DNA of 63,602 nucleotides from a virus (taxonomy: Duplodnaviria > Caudoviricetes), in the IMG/VR virus record IMGVR_UViG_3300046003_002370, positions 1-63,602 of that record, one strand, 5' to 3'. A model generated the notes under the pieces. That model was not told the DNA's origin, ran no database searches, and saw only the letters and a list, made by a program, of their open reading frames with translations. The position numbers were made by a program, and so were the translations under genes. This document shows, piece by piece, positions 59,584 to 63,602 of this stretch. The first letter of the stretch is position 1. Each line of letters begins with the position of its first letter.

Positions 59584-60189
59584 ATGAAATTACTTACACA
59601 AAACAGCAAACTGAAAAAAACTAGTAAAGCCTTAAATCTTAGAGTATTTAACTTTGGCATTCCAGCTTATAAATCGGTAACAGGTAAACTAACTTGTCCG
59701 TTTGCTGATGAGTGTATAAAGTTTTGTTATGCCCGCAAGGGTGCCTATATATGGGGTAATGTAAAACCTGCATTTGAGAGTCGATATGAGTTATCTAAAT
59801 CGCCTTTGTTTGTTGAGGAGATGAATAAAGAAATCAAAAGAGTACGCGCTGATTATGTCAGAGTACACGATTCCGGTGATTATTATAGTACTGAGTACTT
59901 GAATAAATGGTTGGAGATTGCTATACACAATCCCGATGTCAGGTTTTACAGTTACACTAACTGCGTTGAAATGCTTAAAAATGCCGATCTACCGGATAAT
60001 TACGATATTATATTCAGTGATTCTGGTAAACAAAAGCACTTGATCGATCAAACAGTTGATCGTCACACAAGAATATTCAGTAATAGTGCTGACTTAATTA
60101 AGTTTGGCTACAAAGATACAAGTGAAATTGATCTTTACGCTACTAAATGGTTTAATGATACAATAAAAGTAGGTTTAATAATACATTAA
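59584..60189 (+). CDS. GP88-like protein (radical-SAM-related fold)
   Basis: LLTQNSKL, TCP...C..FCYA, VRVHDSGDY, FYSYT. Confidence 0.8.
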   Translation: MKLLTQNSKLKKTSKALNLRVFNFGIPAYKSVTGKLTCPFADECIKFCYARKGAYIWGNVKPAFESRYELSKSPLFVEEMNKEIKRVRADYVRVHDSGDYYSTEYLNKWLEIAIHNPDVRFYSYTNCVEMLKNADLPDNYDIIFSDSGKQKHLIDQTVDRHTRIFSNSADLIKFGYKDTSEIDLYATKWFNDTIKVGLIIH

Positions 60190-60356
60190 GATATGACACC
60201 AAAAGAAAAAGCAGAGGAATTAGTAATTGAAATGAAAATAGATTATACAGTGCCTTATATTGTGGCCCAACAATGCGCATTAATAGCAGTTGATGAATTG
60301 ATAAAAGAAACTGGTAAAAAATATTGGTATGATGTTAAACGAGAAATAAAGGAATT

Positions 60357-60641
60357 ATGAGTACAACATTTGGAATATTAAGAATTGAAGTCGATCACGA
60401 TAAATTAGTAGACGAAGACGGCGAACTATTAGAATATATATCTGAAAATATATTTGAACCTATATTTTTTAGATCGATGAACAACTGCAGATGGCTAAAT
60501 AGTATTGCCAGGCATATAAGTGATGATACTAAAGTGTATGCTTTAGATAATTCGGCGCAAGGCGTATATACAATTAAGGATTTGAAAGATCTTTTAGAAC
60601 GAGACAAGCAGTCTTACAGACACAATACGATTAACAATTGA
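60357..60641 (+). CDS. Hypothetical protein
   Basis: 94-aa ORF. Confidence 0.6.
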   Translation: MSTTFGILRIEVDHDKLVDEDGELLEYISENIFEPIFFRSMNNCRWLNSIARHISDDTKVYALDNSAQGVYTIKDLKDLLERDKQSYRHNTINN

Positions 60642-60674
60642 TAATATAAATGTAACCAATTAAATATAAACAAA

Positions 60675-61052
60675 ATGAAAGAATTAGTAAACAATATTTT
60701 TGACAAAGAAATCACATCAGCATTAGATGGTTTCCCAAGTGTGTATTCAAAAGATGATTTGATTTGCGTAGTAAACCGTATTCGTCTTGAAATAAACGAG
60801 TTAGAGCAGCCAAAGCCTGAGCTTGATAAAGCATTATTGAGGAAGGCAATTGAAGAAGCGGTAGCTCAATTTACTAGACAGTTAGAACGTAATGACAATG
60901 AGTACATTGATTACGGCAGCGCGGAGTTCAATATTGAATATAATAATGTGCTTAACCTAGAGAGCATTGATCTTAATATAGATAATGTTACAGATTCGCT
61001 TGAGGGTACATTAGAAGAAGTATTCTACGAAATTTTAGATATAAAAGAATAA
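60675..61052 (+). CDS. Acidic hypothetical protein
   Basis: 125 aa after class I element 60614. Confidence 0.7.
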   Translation: MKELVNNIFDKEITSALDGFPSVYSKDDLICVVNRIRLEINELEQPKPELDKALLRKAIEEAVAQFTRQLERNDNEYIDYGSAEFNIEYNNVLNLESIDLNIDNVTDSLEGTLEEVFYEILDIKE

Positions 61053-61073
61053 TTAACAATTAAATTAAATATT

Positions 61074-61301
61074 ATGACAAATGTAAATTTAGCGGAAACG
61101 CTACAGGTTGAAAGTAGTGCTATCTTTGAAGTAACTTACTATCCAAACGTCGAAAGATTATTTGTGTTCTTTAAGAACGGTAGAGAGTATGAGTACTTAA
61201 ATGTTCCTAATCATGTTATGAGCGGCTTAAGAGACGCATCGTCTAAAGGTAAATTCCTTAACAAGTATGTATTAGCTCAATACCGCTTTAAAAAAGTATA
61301 A
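61074..61301 (+). CDS. KTSC domain protein
   Basis: VESSAI..V.Y....L.V.F.NG..YEY..VP......L..ASSKGKFLN. Confidence 0.85.
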   Translation: MTNVNLAETLQVESSAIFEVTYYPNVERLFVFFKNGREYEYLNVPNHVMSGLRDASSKGKFLNKYVLAQYRFKKV

Positions 61302-61404
61302 GTTGCTATACACGCCGACTCAGGGTGCAGTGAGTTCGTTAAACAAGAACTGTACAAATAGCTAAGCTGTGTAAAGCGGTTGACGATTAATCAATTAGAA
61401 GCTA

Positions 61405-61473
61405 AGTCAGGTGGCAGATTGGTATGTATTGGATTTTAATCCTAACAAGCAGGTTCGAATCCTGCCCTGACTA
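61405..61473 (+). tRNA. tRNA-like element with aberrant anticodon arm (identity unclear)
   Basis: agtcagg/cctgact acceptor stem, TGG D-loop, gcagg-ttcgaat-cctgc T arm; irregular ggattttaatcc anticodon arm. Confidence 0.65.
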
Positions 61474-61487
61474 CTAAATTTAACATC

Positions 61488-61649
61488 ATGAGTAGAACAG
61501 TAAAACAACAGTACAGAAAGTCAAGAAGATTTGATAGATCTTGTAGGAATAGTGGATCATGCTCTTATTGCAGAGGCAATAGATTACACAGTTCTAACAC
61601 AAGACTACAAGCATCGTCTTACAGACTAAACACGAACAATGATCGATAA
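61488..61649 (+). CDS. Small Cys/Arg-rich protein (53 aa)
   Basis: MSRT...DRSCRNSGSCSYCRGNR. Confidence 0.55.
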   Translation: MSRTVKQQYRKSRRFDRSCRNSGSCSYCRGNRLHSSNTRLQASSYRLNTNNDR

Positions 61650-61675
61650 TATTAATGTAACTAAAACAAATCAAT

Positions 61676-62173
61676 ATGAATATATTTTATTTAGACAAAG
61701 ACCCTGATAAAGCAGCTTCAATGATGTACAATAAGCACGTTGTAAAAATGATCTTAGAATCCGCACAGTTATTATGTACTGCACATATTATGTTAGATGG
61801 CGATGATGCTGATGTACCATACAAAATGACTCACAAAAATCATCCGTCAGCTATATGGGCGCGTGAGTCTGCGGATAATTATGCATGGTTATACTTCCAC
61901 ATGCTAGCGCTTGGCGAAGAGTATACTAAACGTTATGGTAAAAAACATTTAACTATAACAAAGTGTGAAGAATGTTTAGGCAATATACCAGGTGGTATGT
62001 TAAACTTAGGTTCAACACCAATGCCTCAATGCATGCCTGATGAATACAAAGTTCCTGGTGATAGTGTAACAGCTTACTGGAATTATTACGAAGCTGAAAA
62101 AATTAAAGTACGAAATAGTAACGAAGAAATAAGAACAAGACCTAAGCAATATGAAAGCAACAGTAGAATTTAA
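61676..62173 (+). CDS. Pyrimidine-dimer DNA glycosylase/endonuclease V-like family protein
   Basis: MNIFYLD...KHVVKMILESAQLL...HKNHPSAIW...EEYTKRYGK.H...PQCMPDEYK. Confidence 0.75.
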   Translation: MNIFYLDKDPDKAASMMYNKHVVKMILESAQLLCTAHIMLDGDDADVPYKMTHKNHPSAIWARESADNYAWLYFHMLALGEEYTKRYGKKHLTITKCEECLGNIPGGMLNLGSTPMPQCMPDEYKVPGDSVTAYWNYYEAEKIKVRNSNEEIRTRPKQYESNSRI

Positions 62174-62393
62174 TTTACCAGAAGATAGTTATGATTATGC
62201 TATACACAATATGGCATCTGATCTGGCAGGTTTATTGTGGGAATTAACTCATAATGCAAAAAAGCAATGCGAGCAAGAAGTTGATAATATTGATCCTATT
62301 AATCAAAATATTTATGACGGCATAGACATAGTATTTGATAAAATAAACAAATTATTAACTGAATATAATATAGACCCAGATAAATTAGGATAA
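62151..62393 (+). CDS. Hypothetical protein (MKATVEFNLPED type)
   Basis: 80-aa ORF. Confidence 0.7.
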   Translation: MKATVEFNLPEDSYDYAIHNMASDLAGLLWELTHNAKKQCEQEVDNIDPINQNIYDGIDIVFDKINKLLTEYNIDPDKLG

Positions 62394-62394
62394 T

Positions 62395-62610
62395 ATGGAA
62401 AATGATGTTTTTGATAAAGATTATTTAAACGATTTAGCAAGTAATAAAGTTGGATCTAAATTGCAATGTTTATTGCGTGAGGATATGGCTAAGTATCTTG
62501 ATTTGGGCATAAACTGTGACACAGTAGAAGACATGATTGCATCACACAAAAGAGAAGTAAAAGTATGGAGTTATATATTCCAATTAATAGAACAAGATAA
62601 TAAATTATGA
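62395..62610 (+). CDS. Hypothetical protein
   Basis: 71-aa ORF. Confidence 0.65.
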   Translation: MENDVFDKDYLNDLASNKVGSKLQCLLREDMAKYLDLGINCDTVEDMIASHKREVKVWSYIFQLIEQDNKL

Positions 62611-63284
62611 AAATATGGCATATATCAGATACTCATACGTATCACGACTTACTAACTATTCCTCAAGGAATTGATATGGTAATACATTCTGGAGATTGTA
62701 GTAATCCTCGTGATCCATATACTAATGAACCAGAGGTTAGAGATTTTATTGATTGGTATAAAAAGTTACCTATCAAATATAAAATATATGTAGCGGGCAA
62801 TCATGATACAAGCATTGAAAAAGGTTTAATAAATAAAGTAGATTTTAAAGAAGAAAATATTGTATATTTAGAAAATGAATATGTAACTATTGAAGGTATT
62901 AAAATCTTTGGCTCACCTCATACGCCACAGTTTGGTCAATGGGCATTTATGAAAGGGCGCCCTAAGCTTGATAGATTCTGGAAACTTGCTATACACAAAC
63001 CTTGTGATATTATTGTTACTCACGGGCCTCCTAAAGGCGTTTTAGACAAGTCTTTCGATCGTGATGACAATATGGAATCTTGCGGGGATAAGTCTTTATT
63101 AAATTTAGTATTAGAGATGCAACCTGCTTATATGTGCTTTGGTCACATACACAACTGTAAAGATATTATTAATGCAGGAATGTTAAAGTTAAGTGCTTAT
63201 GATACGTGGTTTAGTAATGGATCAGTAGTAACTGATGGTAAATTTGGAAAATTAACTAGTAATGGTAATATATTTGAAATATGA
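62607..63284 (+). CDS. Calcineurin-like metallophosphoesterase
   Basis: SDTH, HSGD, AGNHD, THGPP, FGHIH. Confidence 0.9.
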   Translation: MKIWHISDTHTYHDLLTIPQGIDMVIHSGDCSNPRDPYTNEPEVRDFIDWYKKLPIKYKIYVAGNHDTSIEKGLINKVDFKEENIVYLENEYVTIEGIKIFGSPHTPQFGQWAFMKGRPKLDRFWKLAIHKPCDIIVTHGPPKGVLDKSFDRDDNMESCGDKSLLNLVLEMQPAYMCFGHIHNCKDIINAGMLKLSAYDTWFSNGSVVTDGKFGKLTSNGNIFEI

Positions 63285-63559
63285 AAGAGGAAACTAAATG
63301 TTATTGCGGTCATACAACTTATTGTGACTGCGGGCCTGAAACACTTGAAGAAGCTGCTGAAAAAACTTACAAAAAATTATATGAAGGAGAACCTCTTACA
63401 CAAGATGTGCCAATTCATGCTTTTAAACAAGGTGCTAAATGGCAACAAGAAAGAAGTTATAGTGAAAAGGAAGTTAAATATATAATTTCAGAAGCTCTAC
63501 AATCAGCATTAGTAAAAGTTGATTTAGAACAATGGTTTAAACAATTTAAAAAGAAATAA
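63281..63559 (+). CDS. Modular small protein (Cys-rich N-terminus + ETLEEAA/KWQQERSYSE modules)
   Basis: Shares blocks with 536..775. Confidence 0.75.
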   Translation: MKEETKCYCGHTTYCDCGPETLEEAAEKTYKKLYEGEPLTQDVPIHAFKQGAKWQQERSYSEKEVKYIISEALQSALVKVDLEQWFKQFKKK

Positions 63560-63599
63560 AAAATAGAAATTAAAAAAATATGAAAACAGCAGTAGAATT
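63474..63599. repeat. Terminal direct repeat, copy 2
   Basis: Identical to 1-126; the last 3 nt of the contig (tcc) differ from 127-129 (cat). Confidence 0.95.
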
Positions 63600-63602
63600 T
63601 CC

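Larger units (their letters stand above)
55181..61661 (+). promoter_or_regulatory. Array of 12 class I promoter-like 43-bp elements, TTACAGAC-N5-ACGA-N8-TGATAAT-N5-TGTAAC
   Basis: Starts at 55181, 55525, 55604, 55835, 56350, 56850, 57259, 57787, 58380, 59525, 60614, 61619; fixed spacing; nearly all shortly upstream of an ATG. Confidence 0.85.

Noticed and set aside
61405-61473. Ochre suppressor tRNA or stop-codon recoding
   Set aside because: Most genes end in TAA and long ORFs are intact in the standard code; the anticodon arm is malformed.
55181-61661. CRISPR array
   Set aside because: The repeats are degenerate, spaced from about 80 to over 1000 bp apart with genes in between, and there are no cas genes.
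1-63602. Prophage or temperate lifestyle
   Set aside because: No integrase, CI/Cro-like divergent pair, partition genes or flanking host genes were seen.

Overview
The window is an essentially complete, circularly assembled ~63.5 kb AT-rich lytic tailed phage genome. Positions 1-126 recur at 63474-63599. Gene content points to a podovirus-like phage of Bacteroidota/Flavobacteria, broadly similar in organisation to GroEL-encoding Cellulophaga-type phages; this host and relatedness assignment is inference. The + strand arm (55.2 kb, across the contig join, to 13.5 kb) carries small early genes, a sigma factor, recombination genes, a primase-helicase, ThyA, MazG, a resolvase and a class II RNR. 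The - strand arm (54.7 kb to 13.56 kb) carries tail, lysis, GroEL/GroES, packaging, capsid and ejection genes. I found no DNA polymerase, RNA polymerase or integrase. The most notable candidate system is a two-sigma transcription cascade. A 2785-aa putative ejected protein contains an HExxH peptidase motif, a sigma70 region-2-like domain and repeated (I/V)(Q/E)FS boundary motifs. Thirteen copies of a non-host 43-bp promoter-like element (class I) precede early genes. A second motif (class II, GTAAR-N15-GTRAT) precedes middle and late genes and may be read by the free-standing sigma. Other unexplained signals: a strand-polarised 10-mer TGCTATACAC with 13 exact copies, three large operator-like palindromes, a ~290-nt structured RNA candidate, a GIY-YIG-like cassette that replaced the 5' end of its target gene, and modular cassette anchors in early and tail genes. 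All motif counts were made by eye and all product calls come from motif recognition, not database searches.
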